From positions 1,644,706-1,708,705 of the forward strand of contig NZ_OZ253527.1 of the NCBI RefSeq assembly GCF_965262375.1: 64,000 bases of DNA, in the 5' to 3' direction. Under the pieces are notes generated by a model that was not told where the DNA came from, searched no databases, and saw only the letters and a list, made by a program, of their open reading frames with translations. Both the position numbers and the translations under genes were made by a program. Below, piece by piece: positions 31,797-42,021 of this stretch. Positions within the stretch are counted from its first letter, which is position 1. The number at the start of each line of letters is the position of its first letter. The stretch is from Flavobacterium sp. GTDB taxonomy: Bacteria > Bacteroidota > Bacteroidia > Flavobacteriales > Flavobacteriaceae.

Positions 31797-34652
31797 ATGC
31801 CTAAAGACACTTCTATTAAATCGGTTTTAATTATTGGGTCAGGTCCCATTATTATTGGTCAAGCTTGCGAATTTGATTACTCTGGATCACAATCTGCTCG
31901 CTCCTTAAGAGAAGAAGGAATCGAAGTTATCTTAATCAATTCGAATCCAGCCACCATCATGACCGACCCTTCTATGGCGGATCATATTTATTTAAAACCA
32001 TTAACTACCAAATCAATTATTGAAATCCTTAAAGCGCATCCGCAAATTGATGCTGTGCTTCCTACTATGGGAGGACAAACAGCTTTGAATTTGTGTTTAG
32101 AAGCTGAAGATAAAGGGATATGGAAAGATTTTGGAGTTAAATTAATCGGGGTAGATGTTAATGCTATCAATATTACCGAAGATAGAGACCAATTTAAGGA
32201 TTTATTAAATAAAATTGGAATTCCACAAGCACCAGCTAAAACGGCTAACTCTTTCTTAAAAGGAAAAGAAATTGCTCAGGAGTTTGGTTTTCCATTAGTT
32301 ATCCGTCCCTCGTTTACTCTTGGAGGAACTGGAGCGGCTTTTGTGCATAAAAAAGAAGATTTCGATACCTTATTAACACGTGGTTTAGAGGCTTCGCCTA
32401 TTCATGAAGTACTTATTGATAAAGCACTTTTAGGTTGGAAAGAATATGAATTAGAATTATTGCGTGATAAAAATGATAATGTTGTTATTATTTGTACCAT
32501 CGAGAATATGGACCCAATGGGAATCCATACAGGAGATAGTATCACAGTGGCGCCAGCCATGACATTATCAGATACAATATTCCAAAAAATGCGTGACATG
32601 GCAATGCACATGATGCGTAGCATTGGAAACTTTGCAGGTGGATGTAACGTACAGTTTGCAGTTTCACCAGATGAAAATGAAGATATAGTTGCCATCGAAA
32701 TCAATCCACGTGTATCGCGTTCTTCTGCATTAGCATCAAAAGCAACTGGATATCCTATTGCTAAAATTGCAACAAAATTAGCACTAGGGTATACCTTAGA
32801 TGAATTGCAAAATCAAATTACAAAATCAACTTCGGCTTTATTTGAGCCTACCTTAGACTATGTGATTGTAAAAATTCCTCGTTGGAACTTTGATAAATTT
32901 GAAGGTTCAGATAGAACTTTAGGTTTGCAAATGAAATCCGTGGGGGAGGTAATGGGTATTGGTCGTTCGTTCCAAGAAGCTTTACACAAAGCAACGCAAT
33001 CGTTAGAAATTAAGCGTAACGGTTTAGGGGCTGATGGTAAAGGATACAAAAATTACGAGCAAATCATCGAAAAACTTACACATGCAAGTTGGGATAGAGT
33101 TTTCGTAATTTACGATGCTATTGCTATGGGGATTCCATTGTCAAGAATTCACGAAATCACTAAAATTGATATGTGGTTTTTGAAAGAATACGAGGCTTTA
33201 TATTTGTTAGAGAAAGAAATTTCAAAATTTACTTTAGATACGCTTCCTAAAGAATTATTATTAGAAGCCAAACAAAAAGGTTACGGTGACCGCCAGATTG
33301 CACACATGTTAGGCTGTTTAGAAAGTCAGGTTCACACACTTCGTGATACCATGAACATTCAACGTGTGTATAAGTTGGTAGATACGTGTGCGGCTGAGTT
33401 TAAAGCGCAAACACCTTATTACTATTCTACTTTTGAAGCTGAAATTGAAAAAGCAGATGGTACAAAGTATGTGCATAATGAAAGTGTAGTTTCTGATAAG
33501 AAAAAAATTGTAGTTCTAGGTTCAGGACCTAACCGAATTGGACAAGGGATTGAGTTTGACTACTCTTGTGTACACGGGGTTTTAGCCGCTAAAGAATCTG
33601 GTTATGAAACTATCATGATTAACTGTAATCCTGAAACGGTTTCAACTGATTTTGATACTGCTGATAAATTATACTTCGAACCAGTTTTCTGGGAACATAT
33701 TTACGACATTATCCGTCATGAAAAACCTGAAGGTGTAATTGTTCAGTTAGGTGGTCAAACCGCTTTAAAATTAGCTGAAAAATTAAGCAAATACGGAATT
33801 AAGATTATCGGAACTTCATTTGATGCCTTAGACTTGGCAGAAGACCGTGGTCGTTTTTCAGAATTATTAACGGAGTTGAATATCCCTTTCCCTAAGTTTG
33901 GAGTTGCTGAAAACGCAGAACAAGCGGTTAAGTTAGCGGATGAATTAGACTTCCCATTATTGGTACGTCCTTCGTATGTATTAGGTGGTCAAGGCATGAA
34001 GATTGTAATCAACAAGCAGGAGCTTGAAGAGCACGTAATCGAGATTTTAAAACACATACCTAATAATAAATTGTTGTTAGACCATTATTTAGATGGGGCT
34101 ATCGAGGCAGAAGCAGATGCAATTTGTGATGCGGATGGTAATGTGTACATTATCGGTATTATGGAGCATATCGAACCTTGTGGTGTACACTCAGGAGATA
34201 GTAACGCTACCTTGCCTCCATTTAACTTAGGGGAGTTTGTTATGCAGCAAATTAAAGACCATACTGAAAAAATTGCAAAAGCATTAAAAACGGTGGGTCT
34301 AATCAATATTCAGTTTGCAATTAAAGATGATATGGTGTACATTATTGAGGCTAATCCACGAGCTTCTCGTACCGTACCATTCATTGCAAAAGCGTATGGT
34401 GAACCGTATGTAAATTATGCTACTAAAGTGATGTTAGGGGAGAAGAAAGTCACTGATTTTGATTTCAATCCACAATTAAACGGATTTGCTATCAAACAAC
34501 CCGTGTTCTCTTTCAATAAATTTCCTGGGGTAAACAAAGCTTTAGGGCCTGAAATGAAATCTACAGGAGAAAGTATCTTGTTTATTGATGACTTAAAAGA
34601 TGACCAATTCTACGAATTGTATTCAAGAAGAAAGATGTATTTAACGAAGTAA
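31797..34652 (+). CDS. carB: Carbamoyl-phosphate synthase large subunit
   Basis: GSGPIIIGQACEFDYSG, two ATP-grasp halves and GPEMKSTGE; 951 aa. Confidence 0.98.
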   Translation: MPKDTSIKSVLIIGSGPIIIGQACEFDYSGSQSARSLREEGIEVILINSNPATIMTDPSMADHIYLKPLTTKSIIEILKAHPQIDAVLPTMGGQTALNLCLEAEDKGIWKDFGVKLIGVDVNAINITEDRDQFKDLLNKIGIPQAPAKTANSFLKGKEIAQEFGFPLVIRPSFTLGGTGAAFVHKKEDFDTLLTRGLEASPIHEVLIDKALLGWKEYELELLRDKNDNVVIICTIENMDPMGIHTGDSITVAPAMTLSDTIFQKMRDMAMHMMRSIGNFAGGCNVQFAVSPDENEDIVAIEINPRVSRSSALASKATGYPIAKIATKLALGYTLDELQNQITKSTSALFEPTLDYVIVKIPRWNFDKFEGSDRTLGLQMKSVGEVMGIGRSFQEALHKATQSLEIKRNGLGADGKGYKNYEQIIEKLTHASWDRVFVIYDAIAMGIPLSRIHEITKIDMWFLKEYEALYLLEKEISKFTLDTLPKELLLEAKQKGYGDRQIAHMLGCLESQVHTLRDTMNIQRVYKLVDTCAAEFKAQTPYYYSTFEAEIEKADGTKYVHNESVVSDKKKIVVLGSGPNRIGQGIEFDYSCVHGVLAAKESGYETIMINCNPETVSTDFDTADKLYFEPVFWEHIYDIIRHEKPEGVIVQLGGQTALKLAEKLSKYGIKIIGTSFDALDLAEDRGRFSELLTELNIPFPKFGVAENAEQAVKLADELDFPLLVRPSYVLGGQGMKIVINKQELEEHVIEILKHIPNNKLLLDHYLDGAIEAEADAICDADGNVYIIGIMEHIEPCGVHSGDSNATLPPFNLGEFVMQQIKDHTEKIAKALKTVGLINIQFAIKDDMVYIIEANPRASRTVPFIAKAYGEPYVNYATKVMLGEKKVTDFDFNPQLNGFAIKQPVFSFNKFPGVNKALGPEMKSTGESILFIDDLKDDQFYELYSRRKMYLTK

Positions 34653-34782
34653 GATTCGATATATGTAAAACGGCTGTTTAGAGAAACAGCCGTTTTTTTG
34701 TTTTATACATATTTTACATTGGATAAACTAAATTGAAATGGAGTTGCATTTGCGCCAAGTTCACTCCTTGTTATGACAATAT
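34396..34782 (+). repeat. Left copy of ~390 bp direct repeat (carB 3' end + terminator + 3' end of convergent gene)
   Basis: Aligns by eye with 42022-42409. Confidence 0.95.
34667..34699. terminator. Bidirectional terminator after carB
   Basis: AAAACGGCTGTTT-AGAG-AAACAGCCGTTTT. Confidence 0.88.
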
Positions 34783-34865
34783 AGTAGTTGTAATTCCTAA
34801 AAAACTGATTTTCTGTATTGATGTCTAGCTAGTAAAGTAGCAATAATAAAAGTATCTTCTTCTTA
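34703..34865 (-). pseudogene. Decayed 3' remnant of the gene intact at 42330-42953
   Basis: Minus strand reads DINTE/ISFLGITTT/IVITRSELGANATPFQFSLSNVKYV* versus intact NINTELSLLGIASADIVMTGGGPGANATPFQFSLTNVKYV*, with frameshifts. Confidence 0.8.
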
Positions 34866-35636
34866 AGAAATTAACTCTAATAAAATTAGCAAAATTAAAT
34901 CAAAATGGGTTTTTTATGTATGTGAAATGCCTATTCGTAAGATAAATGGAGGGAGTATTAGTTAGAAAATGTATTTTTGAAAATATTTTAGACTAATATG
35001 AAGATCAGGGTTATTATAGTAGATGATGAGATGCATGCTCGAAACTTTCTTGCAAAATTTTGTGAGCGTTATTACTCAGGCTTAATTGAAGTTGTGGATG
35101 CGTGTAATTCTGTAGAAACTGCCGTGCGTTCTATTAAAAAATATCAGCCGGATGTTGTTTTTTTGGATGTGCAAATGCCCGATGAAAATGGTTTTGAACT
35201 TATTAAGTATTTTGATAAAATAAATTTTGAAATAATTTTTACTACAGCATATAAAGAGTACGCAATTCAGGCTATTCGAAATAGCGCTTTAGATTATCTT
35301 GTAAAACCAATTAATGCTGACGATTTTAAGATAGCAATTTCTCGTTTTGAGACCAAGAAGGAAACAAAAATTTCATTTGATCGCTTTAAATTGCTAACTG
35401 AAAATATAAATAATCAATTTGTTGATAAACAAAGAATTGTATTTCCTACCAAAATTGGGTTTGAAGTAATACAAGGAAATTCTATTGTATACTGTAAATC
35501 AGATGGGTCTTATTCGAATGTGTGCACGATAGATAATGAATATTTTACTTCAAAATCGTTTAAAGAAGTTGAAGAAATGCTTGCAGATTCTAGTTTTATT
35601 CGTGTTCATAGAAGTTATTTGGTTAATAAAAATTTT

Positions 35637-36596
35637 TAGAGGTCATCAATTAACTACATACTAATTCCTTTTGATTAATTTTATCTGCCTTTACCATTTT
35701 ATTAATCAAATTGTGAAAGATTGATTCTTTATTTTGAGAACGATTTATTCTGTAACAAAACTCGTTAAAATAACGCTGAATATTTCCATCACTTACCCAA
35801 GAATGAGTCGTTCTAATCCAAGTTTTAACTTGATGAATCATTGTGTGTAAAGCTTTGAAGTTGGAACCATTTTTACTAAGAATTTGAGTGATATTATACT
35901 CTTCTGAAATAGGTGCGTATCCTTTCCACTTGTCAGTGGTTATTTTTGCTTCTTTTTCAATGTGTTTGTCAAAAATTTGACGAAGTGATTTTGAAGAAAA
36001 GTCCTTTATTTTAAGAATGTAAAATCGTTTAACTTTCCCGTCTTCTGTTAATTCTAGGGCGCAAACAGCCTTTTTCTTCTTGCTATCATAACTTCTTCCC
36101 TGTTTAGTTTCTTCATGACCTCCTACAACAAATTCGTCGACATGAACAATACCATCCATTGGATGATTTTCACTAGATTTCATGGATTCTCTAACTTTAT
36201 GCATAAACAAACGAGCGGTGTTTTCCTGAACTCCATAACGTACACTCATCTGCAGAGCAGAAAGGCTTTTAGTAGTGGTAGCCATTTCAAAACAGATAAA
36301 AAATGCTTTTCTCAAGCCAAATTTACATTTGTGAAAAAGGGTATTGGCACTACTAGATTCTGTATGACTACAAATATTACAAGTCCTAGAAAAATCTTTC
36401 CGAATTTGACTAGCTGTATGACCACATTTTCTACATAAAAAACCTTCTTTCCACTTCAAATCTGACAAATATTTTTTGCAATCTTCATCTGTTTTGAAGC
36501 ATTCAGCAAACTCTAAGAGGTTTTGTCCTTTAAAAATTTCCATTTTTCTCAGTATTTACAATACTTTAAAGATATGAAATTATCTAATGACCTCAA
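35637..36596 (-). mobile_element. IS1595-family insertion sequence
   Basis: IRs TAGAGGTCAT and (rc) TTGAGGTCAT; 8-bp target duplication AAAATTTT at 35629-35636 and 36597-36604. Confidence 0.92.
35650..36543 (-). CDS. IS1595-family transposase
   Basis: N-terminal Zn ribbon (CRKCGH..CNICSH), VDEFVVGG, TDKWKGY and YFNEFCYRINR. Confidence 0.95.
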   Translation of the reverse strand: MEIFKGQNLLEFAECFKTDEDCKKYLSDLKWKEGFLCRKCGHTASQIRKDFSRTCNICSHTESSSANTLFHKCKFGLRKAFFICFEMATTTKSLSALQMSVRYGVQENTARLFMHKVRESMKSSENHPMDGIVHVDEFVVGGHEETKQGRSYDSKKKKAVCALELTEDGKVKRFYILKIKDFSSKSLRQIFDKHIEKEAKITTDKWKGYAPISEEYNITQILSKNGSNFKALHTMIHQVKTWIRTTHSWVSDGNIQRYFNEFCYRINRSQNKESIFHNLINKMVKADKINQKELVCS

Positions 36597-36701
36597 AAAA
36601 TTTTATTAAAGGATTTAAATCGGATGAGTACAAGTTAGAGTTGATTACTGGGGAGACTATTCCTGTTTCGGATGCTTTATTTTCTAAAAAGAAACTAATA
36701 G

Positions 36702-39686
36702 ATGCGATTACGAATTAGTTTGTTTTTTCTTTTTTTCTACAGTTTTATTTTCTCCCAGCAGTATGTATCTACTAATTATACTACTGCAAATGGGTTGCCT
36801 AATAATGCCGTTCGATCCCTATTTATTGACAAAGAGAATGTATTATGGATTGGAACTGAAAATGGAGTTTCTCGTTTTTTAAATGGATCATTTTATACTA
36901 TTACACAAGATGATGGATTAGGTTATAATAGTTGTTGGGATATAGCTCAAGACAAAAACGGCAATATGTGGTTTGCCAGCTATGGCGGTGGAGTCAGTAA
37001 ATTTGATGGAAAGAAGTTTTATAGTTTTACCTCAAAAAACGGTTTACCTGCCGATAAAACGCGAAAAGTATTTCATTTTAAAAATAAAATTTACGTTGGT
37101 ACGGAACAAGGAATAGCTATAATTGACATCAATACCCATAAGATGATTATCCCAAAAGTACCAAAAACTAAGGAGGATTTCATTTGTATTGATTTTTTTG
37201 TATATAAGGATGAAGTTTATTTTGTAAGTGTTTTTGAAGGGCTTTATAAAATTGATTATAGTCAAAGAGTTCCTAAAGTAAATTTAGTTTTTAAAAACAA
37301 GAATAATTATAGTACGCATTTAGTAGGAGAAAATTTGTTTATTGGTAATGAAGGTTATCTTCAAAAAGCAAATATTCAAGCTTTACTTTCTGAAAAAAAG
37401 GAATTCGAAAAACTAAAAAGTTCTATATTCTGGGATTACGCACAACGTAACAAAGAAATTCTATATGCAGCAGCTGACGGAGTATATAATCCTGATGGAG
37501 GATTGTTTCAGATTAAAGGTTCATCTATTTGTAATGTTTCCAACTTATTCGGAATTGACTCCAAAATTTTATTGAATGTTGTTTATGATAAGCGTAACGA
37601 TATACTTTATGTAGGTTCGAATGATAAAGGAATTTATGAAGTTCGTTTGGACAAATCGATTCAATATTATCCTTTTCAAGAAAAAAATATCATTGATATA
37701 GAAAGTATCAATACGTCAAGATTTATACTTCATAATGAAGGTATTTCTGTTTTAAACAAGAATAATGAAAAGATATGCGAAGTTAATCAAAATAATTTCA
37801 AAGCATTTGAAATCGCAACTATAACAAAGGCAAAAAGGACTATAGCCACTAATTATAGGGAGTCAAGAGATTTTGAACTCAATTTTAATATACCCGCAAG
37901 AGGTATTGTTTTTTATGAGTTGGTAAAACATAATAATTCTATATGGATTGGAAGTAATTTAGGTATTTTTGAACTAAACGAAAGAGGGAATATTGTAAAT
38001 TATATCCCTAAACACAGCTTAAAAATTGGTTTCACTATTGATGATAAATTTATTGAAACGATTACTTACGGAGGGCTCTATTTGTACGATGATGTTTATA
38101 AACTCCAAGGAAAACACTTTTCAAAATTCGAAAATGCAACACCACAATTTATAGTTAAGATCTTGAATAACCGCAAGAAAACTTATTTGATTTCGGTGTT
38201 TAACGGTTTGTTTTCGTATTCTAATGGAAAATTTACCTCGTTTTTGTTTGAAAATATATGGAATGAGAAAAAATTCAAACATATCACTTCTGATGCTAAA
38301 GGCAATTTGATTTTAGCAGCCGAGTTTGGAACTGTTTTCGTTGTAAATGATCAAGACAAATTTAAAATAATTAAAACCATTCCTAAAAAAGACATTGTTG
38401 GGAATAGTATTAATTTTTTAGAGTCGTATAAAGATTACATATTAATTGGTACTGAAAAAGGAATTAATGTGTATCAAAATGGGGTTATTCGATTACTAGA
38501 CAAGGAACATGGTTTAAACGATTGTAATTTTAAAACTTCACAATTATTCCAAGACGAATTGTGGCTTGGAACCCTAAAGGGATACTATGTTTTAAACCTT
38601 GCTAAATTGTTGTCAGCACAGCAAACTGTAAAAGATATTGCTATAAATGGAATTGCTATTAATAACCAACCTATTGCTAAAAGCAAGTATGACTGGTTTA
38701 CATATGCTAATAATGAACTTATTTGTGATTACAAACACAATTCTTTTTCAATTGATTTTGTCCCTAAAGGGCATCTTTTTGCGGATAAATTAAAATTTCG
38801 TTATCGATTAAATAATGGGAATCGCTGGAGTCCATATAGCGATAAAACCAATGTTTTCTTGTCCTATTTACCTTATGGGGCTTACAATTTAGAGATTGAA
38901 GTATTTGACCAAAATACGGGTAAGATATCTTTGTTTAAGCTCTTGAAAATTGTAATTCAGCCACCATTTTGGTTGCGTTGGTGGTTTTTTGTTATTGTTT
39001 TATTGATAGTCATTTCAATAGTCATTTTCATAGTTTACAATTATAAACGACGCAGTAGAGAACGCATACTTATAGAGAAAAGGTTAGCTGAAACCAAGAT
39101 GGAAGCTTTACTTTCGCAAATGAATCCGCATTTTACTTTTAATGCTATGAATACCGTTCAGGATTTTATAATCAGTAATGATGTGGATAATTCGTTGTTG
39201 TTTATCAGTGAATTGGCTCGTTTGATGCGACTTACTTTAGATAATTCATCTCAAAAGTCCATTCCTTTGAACGAAGAAATAGATTTTTTAAAAACCTATA
39301 TTAAACTTGAAAATTTGCGTTTTGGCAATCGCATCCAAGTAACAATTACTATTGACGAGGCTATTGATGCTCATTTTATAGCGGTGCCTCCTATGCTTTT
39401 TCAACCCTTTATAGAAAATGTGTTTGTACATGCTTTTAATGAGGAACATCCAAATCCTACTTTAGATATCTCATTTAAACTAAAAGAAAAACATCTGTTG
39501 GTTTGTCAAATTAAAGATAACGGAAAAGGAAAAGCTTCTTTTGAAAAGGTGAAATTGCATAAATCGAAAGCATTACTTTTAGCCGAGGAAAGACTTCGTT
39601 TGATTCAACCACAGATTTTAAATCCAATTACTACAAATTTTACAGAATTTGACGGGACGTCTATTGTGATTTTACTGCAAATTTAA
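36702..39686 (+). CDS. LytS-type sensor histidine kinase with beta-propeller/Y_Y_Y sensor region
   Basis: Signal peptide, propeller repeats (LWIGTENG, MWFASYGGG), Y_Y_Y region, TM, SQMNPHFTFN and IKDNGKG. Confidence 0.92.
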   Translation: MRLRISLFFLFFYSFIFSQQYVSTNYTTANGLPNNAVRSLFIDKENVLWIGTENGVSRFLNGSFYTITQDDGLGYNSCWDIAQDKNGNMWFASYGGGVSKFDGKKFYSFTSKNGLPADKTRKVFHFKNKIYVGTEQGIAIIDINTHKMIIPKVPKTKEDFICIDFFVYKDEVYFVSVFEGLYKIDYSQRVPKVNLVFKNKNNYSTHLVGENLFIGNEGYLQKANIQALLSEKKEFEKLKSSIFWDYAQRNKEILYAAADGVYNPDGGLFQIKGSSICNVSNLFGIDSKILLNVVYDKRNDILYVGSNDKGIYEVRLDKSIQYYPFQEKNIIDIESINTSRFILHNEGISVLNKNNEKICEVNQNNFKAFEIATITKAKRTIATNYRESRDFELNFNIPARGIVFYELVKHNNSIWIGSNLGIFELNERGNIVNYIPKHSLKIGFTIDDKFIETITYGGLYLYDDVYKLQGKHFSKFENATPQFIVKILNNRKKTYLISVFNGLFSYSNGKFTSFLFENIWNEKKFKHITSDAKGNLILAAEFGTVFVVNDQDKFKIIKTIPKKDIVGNSINFLESYKDYILIGTEKGINVYQNGVIRLLDKEHGLNDCNFKTSQLFQDELWLGTLKGYYVLNLAKLLSAQQTVKDIAINGIAINNQPIAKSKYDWFTYANNELICDYKHNSFSIDFVPKGHLFADKLKFRYRLNNGNRWSPYSDKTNVFLSYLPYGAYNLEIEVFDQNTGKISLFKLLKIVIQPPFWLRWWFFVIVLLIVISIVIFIVYNYKRRSRERILIEKRLAETKMEALLSQMNPHFTFNAMNTVQDFIISNDVDNSLLFISELARLMRLTLDNSSQKSIPLNEEIDFLKTYIKLENLRFGNRIQVTITIDEAIDAHFIAVPPMLFQPFIENVFVHAFNEEHPNPTLDISFKLKEKHLLVCQIKDNGKGKASFEKVKLHKSKALLLAEERLRLIQPQILNPITTNFTEFDGTSIVILLQI

Positions 39687-39812
39687 CTTCATTTTTGTTT
39701 TTCGTAGGGTAAATAGTAGCTCCTGTATTTGTTTTTATCCAATTCATAAAGTTATTTATTAGTTTGATTTTTTGCGGATTATTTTCGTGATATAAATTTA
39801 TAAACTAATATT

Positions 39813-40226
39813 ATGTCAAAAGTTGAAAACAAACTCAATCAAATTGAGAAATCTTTTAAATCTTCTGAAAAAGAAGCTGAAATTTTAATAAAAGATAAAC
39901 AAAAAACAACTAATACAGTAAACGAAGCAATGGAAAAAGCTTCTAAGCATAAAAACCAATTAGAAAAAGTTTGGGATTATTTGCAATTGTTTTTTTCGAT
40001 AGTAAAAGATTATATAAATGGCAATTATAAACAAATTCCTTTAGCAACTATTATTTCAATTGTAGCATCACTAATATATTTAATTTCACCTATTGATTTT
40101 ATTCCTGATTTTATTCCTGGAATTGGTCTAATTGACGATGTTTTTGTAATCGGTTTGGTAATTAGTAGTGCAACTAGCGATTTAGATAAATATAAAGAAT
40201 GGAAAGAAAGCAAGAGTTTAATATAA
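39813..40226 (+). CDS. YkvA/DUF1232 family membrane protein
   Basis: YLISPIDFIPDFIPGIGLIDD motif. Confidence 0.9.
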   Translation: MSKVENKLNQIEKSFKSSEKEAEILIKDKQKTTNTVNEAMEKASKHKNQLEKVWDYLQLFFSIVKDYINGNYKQIPLATIISIVASLIYLISPIDFIPDFIPGIGLIDDVFVIGLVISSATSDLDKYKEWKESKSLI

Positions 40227-41341
40227 TGAGAATTTTATTTTTCATTTTATTTAGTTCATTCGCTTTTTCTCAAAGTTTTATAACGGAGTTAGCTGATAAA
40301 ACAGTTGGTAAGTTTCTTTATGATAAAAATATAAAAATCGTTAATGACAGTATTGATATATTTCTGAGAGTAAATTCTAAAGGATATTGTTATGCTCTAG
40401 ACTTTGTGTCAAATGACAAAACCAAATTTACTTTGAGTGATCAAGCAATAGCTCATAAAGTTAACAAAGATTTTGAATGGATATATAATGATTCTATTAC
40501 TGTGGAAAGTTTAAAGTATGATGAATATCAGTCTTGTGGCGATTACCTTTCTCATCGTGGTAGGAATCATCGTTATGATAACTATGTCAATCATGCTAAT
40601 TCAGAAAAACAGATTTACATAATTTTAAATTCTGACAAAGGTTATGCCGTACTCGTAGAACCTGATGATGTCGATTTTTTGACTCCAAATAATGAAGGAG
40701 AAAGTAATAGTTCTATAGATGATTGGATTGAATTTCAGACTTTACAAGAAGGTATTAGCTTTTTAAAAAGCGATGAAGTTATTTTTAAAGCTAATAAATT
40801 AAGACAGGTTCAAGAAGACATTCAAAGGAAAAATGAAGAAATGAGAAAATTTCCAATTTCATCACTCGAATTGCCTTATAAATTTAGATTTGGAATGTCG
40901 GAGCAAACTGTAGCAAATCATTTGAAAGAAATATTTAAAAGTTATACCAAACATGAAATAACTAGTTCTCGTTTTGCAAATGCTAAGAAAAAAAGAGTGT
41001 ATAAAGAGATGGAATATGTAATCACTGAAAATACCACTTATCTTAAAATAGAGTTGTGTTTTTTATATGATAAAATAATCAAAATTGGATACAGCCATTG
41101 GGATAAAAATCATTCAAGATTATACGATTTAGATTTAAAAATTCAAAGTAAACTAACAGCAATCAAAAATGAATACGGGTTATTGTTTGATATTTTATTT
41201 TCTAATAGTCAAATTGAAGGAGCGCACCAAATATGGAGTATAAGCGAAAATGAAAGATTAATTTTTGAAGAAAAATTTTTTGAAGAAGAAAAATTTCAAC
41301 GAAGTAAAGAAATTGAAAATAAAATAGGTAATAAAATGTAA
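40226..41341 (+). CDS. Hypothetical secreted protein
   Basis: Signal peptide MRILFFILFSSFAFSQ; TAATG coupling to the upstream gene. Confidence 0.7.
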   Translation: MRILFFILFSSFAFSQSFITELADKTVGKFLYDKNIKIVNDSIDIFLRVNSKGYCYALDFVSNDKTKFTLSDQAIAHKVNKDFEWIYNDSITVESLKYDEYQSCGDYLSHRGRNHRYDNYVNHANSEKQIYIILNSDKGYAVLVEPDDVDFLTPNNEGESNSSIDDWIEFQTLQEGISFLKSDEVIFKANKLRQVQEDIQRKNEEMRKFPISSLELPYKFRFGMSEQTVANHLKEIFKSYTKHEITSSRFANAKKKRVYKEMEYVITENTTYLKIELCFLYDKIIKIGYSHWDKNHSRLYDLDLKIQSKLTAIKNEYGLLFDILFSNSQIEGAHQIWSISENERLIFEEKFFEEEKFQRSKEIENKIGNKM

Positions 41342-41343
41342 CT

Positions 41344-41994
41344 ATGAAGGCAAAATTTTTAATCATATTAATATTAACCACAATAATTTCGTTTGGTCAA
41401 AAGAAAAAAACAGCAAATACCATAGACCAACAAGTAATAGCGTATTTAAATAAGTTTGAAAAGTTAGATAAATATCAACAACGAATTGAGGCTAACAAAT
41501 TAGTTGCTTTTTTAAATAATACGGATCCTAAAACTAAAGGACTCTGGTTGTTGGCTTTACAAAAATACGATAAAACATCTGTGAAAAAGAAAGCAGAAGC
41601 AAATGAAAGTTCAGAAACAAAGTCAGATTCTAATGCGATTATTGTTAGTACTTTTTCAAGTATTCCGTCAGATTTTGAAGGATGTAGCCATGTTTTTTCT
41701 ATTAATAAGGAAGCACTAAAAGCCGAAAAATTTGTTTATTTTGATGATATGGGGACAACTGCTATCATTGCGATAAATGGTGAAAGTATTATTTTAAAGA
41801 AGCACTCAAGTTTTATAGAAGGAGAAGATGAAATCATGATATATTCCAATGAGGTATTTTCTGCTTATGTACATTTAAAAAAGTATCTAGGAGATAGTTC
41901 AAACGAAAGCCAAATCTATACTGCAGAATTAGTGGTGAAGGATAAAAAAGGTAATGTTGTTAAAGCTAAAATATACGGAGAAGGCGGATGCTAA
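41344..41994 (+). CDS. Hypothetical secreted protein
   Basis: Signal peptide; two Cys, C-terminus IYGEGGC. Confidence 0.7.
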   Translation: MKAKFLIILILTTIISFGQKKKTANTIDQQVIAYLNKFEKLDKYQQRIEANKLVAFLNNTDPKTKGLWLLALQKYDKTSVKKKAEANESSETKSDSNAIIVSTFSSIPSDFEGCSHVFSINKEALKAEKFVYFDDMGTTAIIAINGESIILKKHSSFIEGEDEIMIYSNEVFSAYVHLKKYLGDSSNESQIYTAELVVKDKKGNVVKAKIYGEGGC

Positions 41995-42021
41995 GTGATT
42001 TTTACTGAAAAATTATTTCAG

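Larger units (their letters stand above)
34998..36718 (+). pseudogene. LytTR-family response regulator split by IS1595
   Basis: REC domain (IIVDDE, FLDVQMP, LVKP) and LytTR up to HRSYLVNKNF. The frame resumes after the IS at 36605-36718 (IKGFKSDEYKLELITGETIPVS...AITN*). Confidence 0.9.

Noticed and set aside
34866-42021. Island as a prophage or ICE
   Set aside because: No integrase, relaxase or phage genes. The only mobility gene is the IS1595, which has its own TSD.
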